Positions 27,325 through 38,600 of a stretch of DNA of 53,844 nt are shown in pieces (positions within the stretch are counted from its first letter, which is position 1; every line of letters begins with the position of its first letter). Position numbers and translations under genes: made by a program. Where the stretch lies: assembly GCF_044704955.1 (NCBI RefSeq), contig NW_027251303.1:1-53844 (forward strand), written 5' to 3'. The DNA is from Pristiophorus japonicus. Lineage: Eukaryota. The notes beneath the pieces were generated by a model. It worked only from the letters and a program-made list of their open reading frames with translations, made no database searches and was not told the DNA's origin.

Positions 27325-28230
27325 TATAATCTTACAGCACAGAAAGAGGCCATTCGGCCCATCGTGCCTGTGCTGGCTCTTTGAAAGAACGATCCAATTA
27401 GTCCCACTGCCCCTGCTCTTTCCCCACAGCCCTGCAATTTTATTCCTTTTCAAGTATTTATCCAATTCCATTTTGAAAGTTACTATTGAATCTTCCACCG
27501 CCCTTTCAGGCAGCGCATTCCAGATCACAGCAACTCGCTGCGTAAAAAGGAATTCTCATCTCTTTCCCCCCTCCCCCCTGGTACTTTTGTTAATTATCTT
27601 CAATCTGTGTGCTCTGGTTACTGAGCCTCCCCACACTGGAAACATTTCATCCTCATTTACTCCAGCAAAACCCCTCAGAATTTTAAACACCTTGATTAAA
27701 TCCCCCTGTAACTTCACTGCTCTAAGGAGAACAATCCTAACTTCTTCAGTCTCTCCACATAACTGAAGTCCCTCATCTCTGGTCTCATTCTAGTAAATCT
27801 CCTCTGCACCCTCGCCAAGGCCTTGACATCGTTCCTAAAGTGTGGTGCCCAGAATTGGACACAATAGTCCAGCTGAGGCCTAACCAGTGATGTATGGAGG
27901 TTTAGCATCACTTCCTTGCTTTTGTACTCTACACCTCGATTTATAAACCCAGGGTTTTTTAGCTCTTTTAAAGCCTCATCAACTTGTCCTGCCAATATGA
28001 AGATTTGTGTATGTGAACCCCCAGGGCTCCCTGTTCCTGCACCCACTTTATAATTGCACCATTTAGTTCATATTACTGTTCCTCATTTTTCCTTCCAAAA
28101 TGCATCACTTCACACTTCTCTGCATTAAATTGCATCTGCCATGTATCTGCCCATTTCACCAGTCCTCCTGGAGGCTGCTGCTTTCCTCCTCATCTGCAAA
28201 CTTTGAAATTATGCCCTCTATATCCCAGTC
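27325..28230 (-). mobile_element. Older, degenerate CR1 3' fragment
   Basis: Minus-strand LVRPQLDYCVQFWAPHF, RVQRRFTRM and IWNALPERAVE, with frameshifts. Confidence 0.85.
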
Positions 28231-28324
28231 TATTTTCAGCATTTAAAAAACCTGCTTCATGTCCTTTCTCAATGAAATATCCCTGCTCCAGTGAGAACTA
28301 ATCTAATTCTATCGTCACACTTCT

Positions 28325-28560
28325 ACACAGGGTATTGGTGAGGCCACACCTGGAGTACTGCGTGCAGTTTTAGTCTCCGTATTTACGGAAGGATATACTT
28401 GCATTGGAGGCTGTTCAGAGAAGGTTCACCAGGATGATTCAGGAGATGGGCAGGAAAGTGGAGCTGAGTCCATGATCGGATTGGCCATGATCTTATTGAA
28501 TGACGGAGCAGGCTCGAGGAGCCAATGGCCTACTCCTGCTCCTACTTCTTATGTTCTTAT
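28325..28560 (+). mobile_element. Short internally deleted CR1 3' fragment
   Basis: gtgaggccacacctggagtactgcgtgcagttt... joined directly to the 3' UTR ggctcgaggagccaatggcctactcctgctcct and a ttcttatgttcttat tail. Confidence 0.8.
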
Positions 28561-28694
28561 CCACAGCTCTCGGCCACTCTGCTGCTATAACTCTGCTGGG
28601 AGTGCATGGGAGGGCTGCAAGTTATTCTTGGACCCGGATATGCCTGGTCCCAGTCTTCCATTGGCCTTTTGGGGGCACCAGGGATAGACACTAA

Positions 28695-29530
28695 GAGAAA
28701 GAACCTGCACTTCTATAGCACCTTTCACAGTCTCGGGATGTCCCAAAGCACTTTACATAAGCCAATGAAGTACATGTGAAGTGTAGTTACTGTTGTAATT
28801 TAGGAAACACACAAGGTCCCACAAACAGCGATTAAATAAATAGCCAGATCATGTGTTTTAGGTATAAATGTTGGCCTGGACACTGGAAGAACTCCCCTGC
28901 TAATCTTCGAATAATGCCGTGAGATCTTTTACATCCAACTGAGATGCCAATCTTGTTTTGACATCTCATTTCAATAACAGCACCTCCAACAGTGCAGCAC
29001 ACCCTCCATACTGCACTGGAGTGTCGAGATATGTGCTGGGATCTCTGGAGTGGGACTTGAACCCACAACACTCTGACTCCAAGAAAGAAAGATTTGAATT
29101 TCTACAGTGCTTTTCATGACCTCATGATGTCCCAAAGCACTTTACAGCCAATGAAGTACTTGTTGAAATGTCGACACTGTTGTAATGTAGGAAACACGGC
29201 AGCCACTTTGCACACAGCAAGCTCCCATAAACAGCAATGTGATAATGGCCAGGGCACTGGGGATAACTCCCCTGCTCTTCTTCAAAATAGTGCCGTGGGA
29301 TCTTTTACATCCACTTGAGAGAGCAGACGGGGCCTCGGTTTAACAACTCATTCAAAAGCTGGCACCTCGGACAGTGCAGCACTCCCTCAGCACTGCACTG
29401 GGAGTGTCAGCCTACTGCACTCCATACTGCACTGGAATGTCTAGATATGTGCTGAAGTCTCTGGAGTGGGACATAAACCCATAACCTTCTGACCCCGAGG
29501 CGAGAGTGCAGCCACTGAGTCATGGCAGAC
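28695..29530 (-). mobile_element. Two tandem DeuSINE/SacSINE-like SINE copies (about 28695-29082 and 29083-29530)
   Basis: Reverse B-box gggacttgaaccc (~29051). Deu-domain-like ggcctcggtttaac...gcacctcggacagtgcagcactccc. Both copies share gatgtcccaaagcactttaca..gccaatgaagtac. Confidence 0.75.
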
Positions 29531-29696
29531 ACTATTGATGATGTCGAGTTCCACTTTGTCTGGGCTCTCAGTTTACAAACTGCTGGGTTAAGCATCAGGT
29601 GCTCTCATAACATTCCAAATGTTATAAATTGTTCAACTTTGAACGCTGGAGAAATATATTTCTTTGTGTCAGACTCCATATATTTCCCATGTACAG

Positions 29697-30044
29697 ATCC
29701 ATTGGCTGATCCGGTCCTTGTTCAGCATCCAACAGTCAGCAAGGTCCCAGAGGGTGAAACCGTGCAGTTACAATGTGCCATGTACAATGCCAGTGTGAGT
29801 GACGCTGATGTCCACTGGCACTGCCAGCGACCCGGGAACAACAGCGAGTGGGTGATGAGCCAGTTTGTGAATGGCACCATTACCAGGTCCCGGGGTATCC
29901 ACGACCGTTTTCTGCCTTCCAGGAACGTCACCAGTAACAGTTACATTCTGACCATCGTGAATGTGTCCCTCAGTGATACTGCTGCCTACAGCTGCAGTGT
30001 GTGGAGCTACATCTATGGAGCAGGGACCCAGCTCAATGTAACCG
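29697..30044 (+). CDS. Exon: Ig V-set domain 2 (germline-joined VJ type)
   Basis: Acceptor tgtacag|AT at 29696/29697 and a GC-type donor G|gcaagt at 30044/30045, at the position equivalent to the V1 donor; phase 1-1. Motifs QLQC, VHWH, DRF, LTIVNVSLSDTAAYSC and YGAGTQLNVT; clearly paralogous to V1. Confidence 0.92.
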
Positions 30045-30617
30045 GCAAGTCAATGTTAACTCACACTGGCAGGGTCACAGTAACAGCTCCTTACTGGGAA
30101 CATGTGTAACCTTCACACAGTGGGGTGGACCAGTGGAAATATACCGTCAGACACAGTGGTTACTGTCGTGCTGTGGAACAGAGAGTGGGAATGTTGTTAG
30201 TGATGTGCGAAATGCCAGAGTTGAATAGTGGCGATGTAAGAATGGATCAAAACTCTGGAACAACAACAGAACATACGGAATGTCTCGGCAAGTCTGTTTT
30301 TTGTGGAGAAAATGGAGGAGTTGACATTTTGGGTGTGGGCCACTCAGAACAAAAGAGACGGGAGAAGGGAAACCAGACATGAGAAATGAGATGGGCACAC
30401 ATATTTGTACTGAAAAATGGCCGCCATGCTCCACCCTTTGTCAATGATTGGTCCTTGTGGAGGATAAGCCACACCCTGAAGTTTCACTGGAATGTGTAAC
30501 TGGAACCGCCCATCCCAAGGTCTCACTGACTTTGCAAATTGTAATTCGATCCACTTTGACTTCCTGAAGCGACAGAGGACAGAGCTCCCCAGAAGACAGC
30601 AGGGCCAGAAGGGCCTG

Positions 30618-31077
30618 ACCCCAGTCCAGGTATATCCCTCCCCCAGCCAAAGTACCTTACCCCAGTCCAGGTACATCCCTCCCCCAGCCAAAGTACCTTA
30701 CCCCAGTCCAGGTACATCCCTTCCCCAGCCAAAGTACCTTACCCCAGTCCAGGTACATCCCTCCCCGAGCCAAAGTACCTTACCCCAGACCAAGTACATC
30801 CCTACCCCAGCCAAAGTACCTTACCCCAGTCCAAGTACATCCCTCCCCCAGCCAAAGTACCTTACCCCAGTCCAAGTACACCCCTCCCCCAGCCAAAGTA
30901 CCTTACCCCAGTCCAGGTACATCCCTCCCCCAGCCAAAGTACCTTACCCCAGTCCAAGTACACCCCTCCCCCAGCCAAAGTACCTTACCCCAGTCCAGGT
31001 ACATCCCTCCCCCAGCCAAAGTACCTTACCCCAGTCCAAGTACACCCCTCCCCCAGCCAAAGTACCTTACCCCAGCT
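30618..31077. repeat. 41-bp minisatellite, about 11 copies
   Basis: Unit ccccagtccaggtacatccctcccccagccaaagtacctta. Confidence 0.95.
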
Positions 31078-31748
31078 AAAGCAGGCAGTGAAGAAGCCAA
31101 ATGGTATGTTGGCCTTCATAGCTAGGGGATTTGAGTATAGGAGCAGGAAGGTCATACTGCAGTTGTACAGGGCCTTGGTGAGGCCTCACCTGGAGTATTG
31201 TGTTCAGTTTTGGTCTCCTAATCTGAGGAAGGACATTCTTGCTGTTGAGGGAGTGCAGCGAAGGTTCACCAGATTGATTCCAGAGATGGCTGGACTGACA
31301 TATGAGGAGCGACTGGATCAACTGGGTCTTTATTCACTGGAGTTTAGAAGGATGAGAGGGGATCTCATAGAAACGTATAAGATTCTGACGGGACTGGTCA
31401 GGTTAGATGCGGGAAGAATGCTCCCGATTTTGGGGAAGTCCAGAACCAGGGGACATTGACTAAGGATAAGGGGTAGGCCATTTAGGACTGAGATGAAGAG
31501 AAACTTCTTCACTCAGAGAGTTGTTAACCTGTGGAATTCCCTGCCGCAGAGAGTTGTTGGTGCCAGTTCATTGGATATATTCAAGAGGGAATTAGATATG
31601 GCCCTTACGGCTAAGGGGATCAAGGGGAATGGAGAGAAAGCAGGAAAGGTGTACTGAGGGAATGATCAGCCATGATCTTATTGAATTGCAGGTTCGAAGA
31701 GCTGAATGGCCTACTCCTGCATCTATTTTCTATGTTTCTATGTTTCTT
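31078..31748 (+). mobile_element. CR1 3' fragment
   Basis: LVRPHLEYCVQFWSPNLRKD...RRMRGDLIETYKI with a (ttctatgt)n tail at ~31728-31747. Confidence 0.95.
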
Positions 31749-31754
31749 TGACAT

Positions 31755-32115
31755 GATGGGGGCCCAGGAGAGGCGCGAGTTCGGGGACTAGAAGAGGCGA
31801 GGGCCCAGGGCCAGCATGTGCCAGCCCACACTGCGATACATGTGCGCACAAGGTCCGTGCAACATAGCTGGTCTCCAGTTGTCTTGGTTAATCCTTACCA
31901 CTGGACCAAGACCTAGCTCTGTCAAGCCCGTGTGGTGGCTGGTGTGCAATGGCCACTACACATTAAAAAAATCCACGCACAGGCATCTTCCACCTTTCAA
32001 TAGGTAGTTCGGGATCTGGAATACTAGGTCCTTCATTGAAACACCTGTGAACTCATCCCTTTTTGGTGTGGAAGCAAGTCATCCTCGATACAAGGGATCG
32101 CCTCAGAAGAAGACA
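31755..32115 (+). mobile_element. Non-coding SINE-like element with RTE-type 3' end
   Basis: Ends in ggaagcaagtcatcctcgatacaagggatcgcct, similar to the 3' terminus of the RTE at 2965-3001 (reverse strand). A second, inverted copy lies at 39497-39528 plus 40821-41090. Confidence 0.65.
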
Positions 32116-32462
32116 GAAGGGCACCCACTGGGACTCTGCAAGTCACTTTCCCTCCATCAGTGGAGCTTTTCTACATTGACCAACAGTTCTGCGTCCTTTT
32201 GCCAAGCCAGCTCGATAGCACAGCAAGTAGTCAGTGTGTGATACTAGGACTGACTGACAGCCCACATTACAGATAAATCAAGCTGCTCTATGTTTAAACT
32301 AACATTATCCCTCCAACTTTCCATCATGTCGGGTGCCCCGCTCTATCTGAATTCCACCGGGATTTGATTTTCCCAGTGGTACCATTTCACACTTCACTGA
32401 CTGACGAGAATCTGATGTCTTCCCCGGGGCTTCTGCCTTAAACATGTGATTTCCTTTCACAG

Positions 32463-32582
32463 AAACAAAAGTTGTGAAGTCAAGCCTGGTCTGGATCATT
32501 CTGGGTGCTGTGCTGGGAGTCACTGTTGTTACTGGAGGCATTTTACTCATCAGACACACACTTTTTGGAAAAAAACAGTCCG
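32463..32582 (+). CDS. Exon: short stalk plus transmembrane helix
   Basis: ttcctttcacag|AA ... TCC G|gtatgt, phase 1-1, 120 bp. Encodes (E)TKVVKSSLVWIILGAVLGVTVVTGGILLIRHTLFGKKQS: a 22-residue hydrophobic stretch followed by basic residues. Not in the ORF track. Confidence 0.88.
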
Positions 32583-32736
32583 GTATGTGTGACTAAATAA
32601 TTCAGTTTGTCTCGATTGCTGTGTATAGTTAATAAGATATTTGTTTTGATAATATATAAAATATTACTGTCGGCAGCAAGATATGATTAATATCATTGTA
32701 GTTGATGTTGGTGATATTTTATCCTTTATTTTACAG

Positions 32737-32810
32737 CACCATCGGGAACTGCTGCTGATCAGAACACAACTGCTGATTATGAAAATGTTTTTTCTGCAGG
32801 AGACACACAG
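32737..32810 (+). CDS. Exon: cytoplasmic 1 with YENV motif
   Basis: tttattttacag|CA ... CAG|gtgagt, phase 1-0. Encodes (A)PSGTAADQNTTADYENVFSAGDTQ. Confidence 0.85.
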
Positions 32811-33034
32811 GTGAGTTCCGTTGGTTTTCGAGAATGTTGCTTTCTGTAACGAGAAGGATCTGTGTGATGTGACAGATCTGATGGTGTGTTTGTGTCTTTC
32901 GACACCACTGTTACCAGTTATTTCTGCATTATTTTCCCTCGTGGCCCTGTAGACCATCTGAATATTGGCAGTTAAGATGAATGTCCTTGTCCTGCGCAAA
33001 TGTATTTTGATACAGCTGGACTCTGAGACACTTC

Positions 33035-34620
33035 GAAACATCGGAACATAGAAAATAGGTGCAGGAGTAGGCCATTTGGCCCTTCGAGCCTGCACCACCA
33101 TTCAATAAGATCATGGCTGATCATTCCTTCTGTACCCTTTTCCTGCTTTCTCTCCATACCCCTTGATCCCCTTAGCCGTAAGGGCCATATCTAACTCCCT
33201 CTTGAATATATCCAATGAACTGACATCAACAACTCTCTGCGGCAGGGAATTCCACAGGTTAACAACTCTCTGAGTGAAGAAGTTTCTCCTCATCGCAATC
33301 CTAAATGACCTACCCCTTATCCTAAGACTGTGTCCCCTGGTTCTGGACTTCCCCAACATCGGGAACAATCTACCCGCATCTAACCTGTCGAGTCCCGTCA
33401 GAATCTTGTATGTTTCTATGGGATCCCCTCTCATCCTTTTAAACTCCAATGTATAAAGGCCCAGTTGATCCAGTCTCTCCTCATATGTCAGTCCGGCCAT
33501 CCCGGGAATCAGTCTGGTGAACTTTCGCAGCACTCCCTCAATAGTGAGAACGTCCTTCCTCAGATTAGGAGACCAAAATTGAACATAATATTCCAGGTGA
33601 GGCCTCACTAAGGCCCTGTACAACTGCAGTAAGACCTCCCTGCTCCGATACTCAAATACCCTAGCTATGAAGGCCAACATACCATTTGCCTTCTTCACCG
33701 CCTGCTGTACCTGCATTCCAACTTTCAATGACTGATGAACCTGTCTCGTTGCACCTCCCCTTTTCCGAATCTGCCACCATTCAGATAATATTCTGTCTTC
33801 ACCTTATTGCCCCCAAAGTGGATAACCTCACATTTATCCACATTATACTGCATTTGTAATGCATTTGCCCACTCACCTAATGTGTCGAAGTCACCCTGCA
33901 GCCTCTTAGTGTCCCCCTCACAGCTCACACCACCACCCAGTTTAGTGTCATCTGCAAACTTGGAGATATCACACTCAATTCCCTCATCCAAATCATTGAT
34001 GTATATTTTAAAGAGCTGGGGTCCCAGCACTGAGCCCTGCGGCACTCCACTAGTCACTGCCTGTCATTCTGAAAAGGACCCGTTTCTCCCGACTCTCTGC
34101 TTCCTGTCTGCCAACCAGTTCTCTACAGTGCATTACCCCCAATACCATGTGCTTTGATTTTGCACACCAATCTCTTGTGTGGGACCTTGTCAAAAGCCTT
34201 TTGAAAGTCCAAATACACCACATTCACTGGTTCTCCTTTATCCACTCTACTAGTTACATCCTCAAAAAATTCCAGAAGATTTGTCAAGCATGATTTCCCT
34301 TTCATAAATCCATGCTGACTTGGACCGATCCTCTTGCTGCTTTCCAAATGCGCTGCTATTTCATCCTTAATAATTGATTCCAACATTTTCCCCACCACTG
34401 ATGTCAGGCTAACCGGTCTATAATTACCCGCTTTCTCTCTCCCTCCCTTTTTAAAAAGTGGTGTTACATTAGCTATCCTCCAGTCCATAGGAACTGATCC
34501 AGAGTCGATAGACTGTTGGAAAATGATCACCAATGCATTCACTATTTCTCGGGTACTTCCTTAAAGACTCTGGGATGCAGACTATCAGGCCCAGGGGATT
34601 TATCGGCCTTCAATCCCATC
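33035..34620 (-). mobile_element. CR1 LINE 3' portion (RT), frameshifted
   Basis: Minus ORFs 33111-34542 carry NYRPVSLTS, QHGF, GVPQGSVLGP and FADD; tail acatagaaaa at ~33047. Confidence 0.95.
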
Positions 34621-36745
34621 GAGGCAGCCTACAAAAGGCACAGGAGTCGGGAGGCTCGGGAGTTCGAGGACATGGAGTGGGGAGATCGAGGTGGCCTACA
34701 AAAGGCCCAAGAGTCGGGAGGCTCGGGAGTTCGAGGAGGCGGAGCGGGGAGATCGAGATGGTCTACAAAAGGCCGAGGAGTCGGGAGGCTCGGGAGTTCG
34801 AGTGTCGAGGAGTCGGGAGGCTCTGGAGTTCGAGTGTCGAGGAGTCGGGAGGCTCGAGAGTTCGAGTGTCGAGGAGTCGGGAGGCTCGGGAGTTCGAGTG
34901 TCGAGGAGTCGGGAGGCTCGGGAGTTCGAGTGTCGAGGAGTCGGGAGGCTCGGGAGTTCGAGTGTCGAGGAGTCGGGAGGCTCGGGAGTTCGAGTGTCGA
35001 GGAGTCGGGAGGCTCGGGAGTTCGAGTGTCGAGGAGTCGGGAGGCTCGGGAGTTCGAGTGTCGAGGAGTCGGGAGGCTCGGGAGTTCGAGTGTCGAGGAG
35101 TCGGGAGGCTCGGGAGTTCGAGTGTCGAGGAGTCGGGAGGCTCGGGAGTTCGAGTGTCGAGGAGTCGGGAGGCTCGGGAGTTCGAGTGTCGAGGAGTCGG
35201 GAGGCTCGGGAGTTCGAGTGTCGAGGAGTCGGGAGGCTCGGGAGTTCGAGTGTCGAGGAGTCGGGAGGCTCGAGAGTTCGAGTGTCGAGGAGTCGGGAGG
35301 CTCGGGAGTTCTAGTGTCGAGGAGTCGGGAGGCTCGGGAGTTCGAGTGTCGAGGAGTCGGGAGGCTCGGGAGTTCGAGTGTCGAGGAGTCGGGAGGCTCG
35401 GGAGTTCGAGTATCGAGGAGTCGGGAGGCTCGGGAGTTCGAGTGTCGAGGAGTCGGGAGGCTCGGGAGTTCGAGTGTCGAGGAGTCGGGAGTTCGAGTGT
35501 CGAGGAGTCGGGAGGCTCGGGAGTTCGAGTGTCGAGGAGTCGGGAGGCTCGGGAGTTCGAGTGTCGAGGAGTCGGGAGGCTCGGGAGTTCGAGTGTCGAG
35601 GAGTCGGGAGGCTCGGGAGTTCGAGTGTCGAGGAGTCGGGAGGCTCGGGAGTTCGAGTGTCGAGGAGTCGGGAGGCTCGGGAGTTCGAGTGTCGAGGAGT
35701 CGGGAGGCTCGGGAGTTCGAGTGTCGAGGAGTCGGGGCAGGTGCAGCAGGCAGGCAAAAAGAAGTAGAAAGAAATCGAAAGGTGACGTCACAGCCAAGGG
35801 GGTAAGTGATTGGTAAATAGTTTTTCTTTTTCTTTCTTTATCAGTAAGTAACATTTAGCATTGCTGTTGCCAAATTAAGTTAATCTAAGGGTTAAGTCAT
35901 GGCAGGAGAGCTGGGACACGTGTTATGCTCCTCCTGTACTATGTGGGAAGTTAGGGACACTTCCGGTGTCCCTGACGACTACGTGTGCGGGAAGTGTATC
36001 CGCCTCCAGCTCCTGACGGACCGCATTGTGGCACTGTAGCTGTGGGTGGATTCACTCTGGAGCATCCACGATGCTGAGAATGATGTGAATAGCACGTGTA
36101 GCGAGTTGGTCTTACCGCAGGTAAAGGGTACTCAGCCAGATAGGGGATGGGTGACCAACAGGAAGAGCAGTGCAAGGAAGGTAGTGCAGGGGTCCCCTGC
36201 GGTCATCCCCCTGCAAAACAGATACACCGCTATAGGTACTGTTGAGGGGGATGACTCATCAGGGGAGGGCAGCAGCAGCCAAAATCATGGCACTGTGGGT
36301 GGCTCTGCTGCACAGGAGGGCAGGAAAAAGAGTGGGAGAGCGATAGTGATAGGGGATTCGATTGCAGGGGAATAGATAGGCGTTTCTGCGGCCGCAACCA
36401 AGACTCCAGGATGGTATGTTGCCTCCCTGGTGCAAGGGTCAAGGATGTCTCAGAGCAGCTGCAGGACATTCTGAAAAGGGAGAGTGAACAGCCAGTTGTC
36501 GTGGTGCATATAGGTACCAACGATATAGGTAAAAAAACAGGATGAGGTCCTACGAGACGAATTTAGGGAGCTAGGAGCGAAATTAAAAAGTAGGACCTCA
36601 AAAGTAGTAATCTCAGGATTGCTACCAGTGCCACATGATAGTCAGAGTAGGAATCGCAGGATAGCTCAGATGAATACGTGGCTTGAGGAGTGGTGCAAGA
36701 GGGAGGGATTCAAATTCCTGGGACATTGGTACCAGTTCTGGGGGA
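34621..36745 (+). mobile_element. CR1 5' UTR plus ORF1 (zinc finger and SGNH esterase-like), disrupted
   Basis: ATG at 35899 begins MAGELGHVLCSSCTMWEV...YVCGKC; later IVIGDS and VHIGTND motifs; stops and frameshifts present. Confidence 0.85.
34775..35735. repeat. 32-bp CpG-rich minisatellite, about 30 near-identical copies, inside the CR1 5' UTR
   Basis: Unit gaggagtcgggaggctcgggagttcgagtgtc. Confidence 0.97.
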
Positions 36746-38600
36746 TCCTGTCACTGCTTTCCAAATGTGCTGCTATTTCATCATTAATGATTGATTCCAA
36801 CATTTTCCCCACTTCTGATGTCAGGCTAACCGGTCTATAATTACCCGTTTTCTCTCTCCCTCCTTTTTTAAAAACTGGTGTTACATTAGATACCCTCCAA
36901 TCCATAGGAACTGATCCCGAGTCGATAGACTGTTGGAAAATGATCACCAATGCATCCACTATTTCTAGGGCCACTTCCTTAAAGACTCTGGGATGCAGAC
37001 TATCAGGCCCCGGGGATTTATCAGCCTTCAATCCCATCAATTTCCCGAACACAATTTCCCGCCTAATAAGGATATCCTTCAATGCCTCCTTCTCACTAGA
37101 CCCTCGGTCCCCTAGTACTTTCGGAAGGTTATTTGTGTCTTCCTTAGTGAAGACAGAACTAAAGTATTTGTTCAATTGATCTGCCATTTCTTTGTTCCCC
37201 ATTATAAATTCACCTGAATCAGACTGCAAGGGATCTACATTTTTCTTCACTAATCTTTTTCTCTTCACATATCGATAGAAGCTTTTGCAGTCAGTTTTTA
37301 TGTTCCCGGCAAGCTTCCCCCTCTTAATTAAACCCTTTGTCCTCCTCTGCTGAATTCTAAATTTCTCCCAATCCTCAGGTTTGCTGCTTTTTCTGGCCAA
37401 TTTATATGCCTCTTCCTTGGATTTAACACTTTCCTTAATTTCCCTTGTTAGCCACGGTTGAGCTACCTTCCCCGTTTTATTTTTACTCCAGACAGGGATG
37501 TACAATTGCTGAAGTTCATCCATGTGATCTTTAAATGTTTGCCATTGCCTATCCACCGTCAATCCTTTAAGTATCATTTGCCAGTCTATTCTAGCCAATT
37601 CACCTCTCATACCATCGAAGTTACTTTTCCTTAAGTTCAGGTTCCTAGTTTCTGAATTAACTGTGTCACTCTCCATCCTAATAAAGAATTCTACCATGTT
37701 ATGGTCACTCTTCCCCAAGGGGCCTCGCACAACAAGATTGCTAATTAGTCCTTTCTCATTACACATCACCCAGTCTAGGATGGCCAGCTCCCTCGACATA
37801 TTGGTCTGGAAAACCATTCCTAATACACTCCAGGAAATCCTCCTCCACCGCATTGCTTCCAGTTTGGTTAGCCCAATCAATATGTAGATTAAAGTCACCC
37901 ATGATAACTGCTGTACCTTTGTTGCATGCATCCCTTATTTCTTGTTTGATGCCGTCCCCAACCTCACAACTACTGTTTGGTGGTCTGTACACAACTCCCA
38001 CTCGTGTTTTCTGCCCTTTGGTATTCCGCAGCTCCACCCATACTGATTCCACATCATCCAAGCTAATGTCCTTTCTTACTATTGCATTAATTTCCTCTTT
38101 AACCAGCAATGCCACCCTGCCTCCTTTTCCTTTCTGTCAATCCTTCGTGAATGTTGAATACCCCTGGACGTTGAGTTCCCAGCCTTGGTCACCCTGGAGC
38201 CATGTCTCCGTGATGCCAATTACATCATACCCGTTAACTGCTATCTGCGCAGTTAATTCGTCCACCTTATTACGAATACTCCTCGAATTGAGGCACAGAG
38301 CTTTCAGGAGTTAGATGTAGTCCTTTCTACTAGGCGGATCAAGGGGTATGGTGAGAGAGCAAGAATGGGGTACTGAAGTTGCATGTTCAGCCATGAACTC
38401 ATTGAATGGCGGTGCAGGCTCGAAGGTCTAAATGGCCTGCACCTGCACCTATTTTCTATGTTTCTATGTTTCTTTCCAACACACTTTGCCCCTTTGGAAT
38501 TTTGCTGCAATGTGGCCCTTTTTGTTTTTTGCCTTGGGTTTCTCTGCCCTCCACTTTTACTTTTCTTCTTTCTATCTTTTGCTTCTGCCCCCATTCTACT
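36745..38600 (-). mobile_element. CR1 ORF2 N-terminal part (APE endonuclease and linker), with a small + strand CR1 3' end inserted at ~38308-38470
   Basis: GVVYRPPNS, IMGDFNLHIDW, LGKSDHNMV and KSPGPDSLHPRVFKE; the insert ends in a ttctatgtttctatgtt tail. Confidence 0.9.

Noticed and set aside
30116-30158. Two CACAGTG heptamers downstream of V2 as possible RSS
   Set aside because: There is no ACAAAAACC-like nonamer at 12- or 23-bp spacing, and they lie in the intron after an already complete J-like segment.
30045-32462. A constant (C1) domain exon between V2 and TM, which would make this an Ig/TCR chain
   Set aside because: I found none. The interval holds a short unique stretch, a 41-bp minisatellite, a CR1 and a SINE-like element.
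34516-35854. Approximately 430-aa Ser/Arg/Glu-rich ORFs
   Set aside because: They are translations of the 32-bp tandem array.
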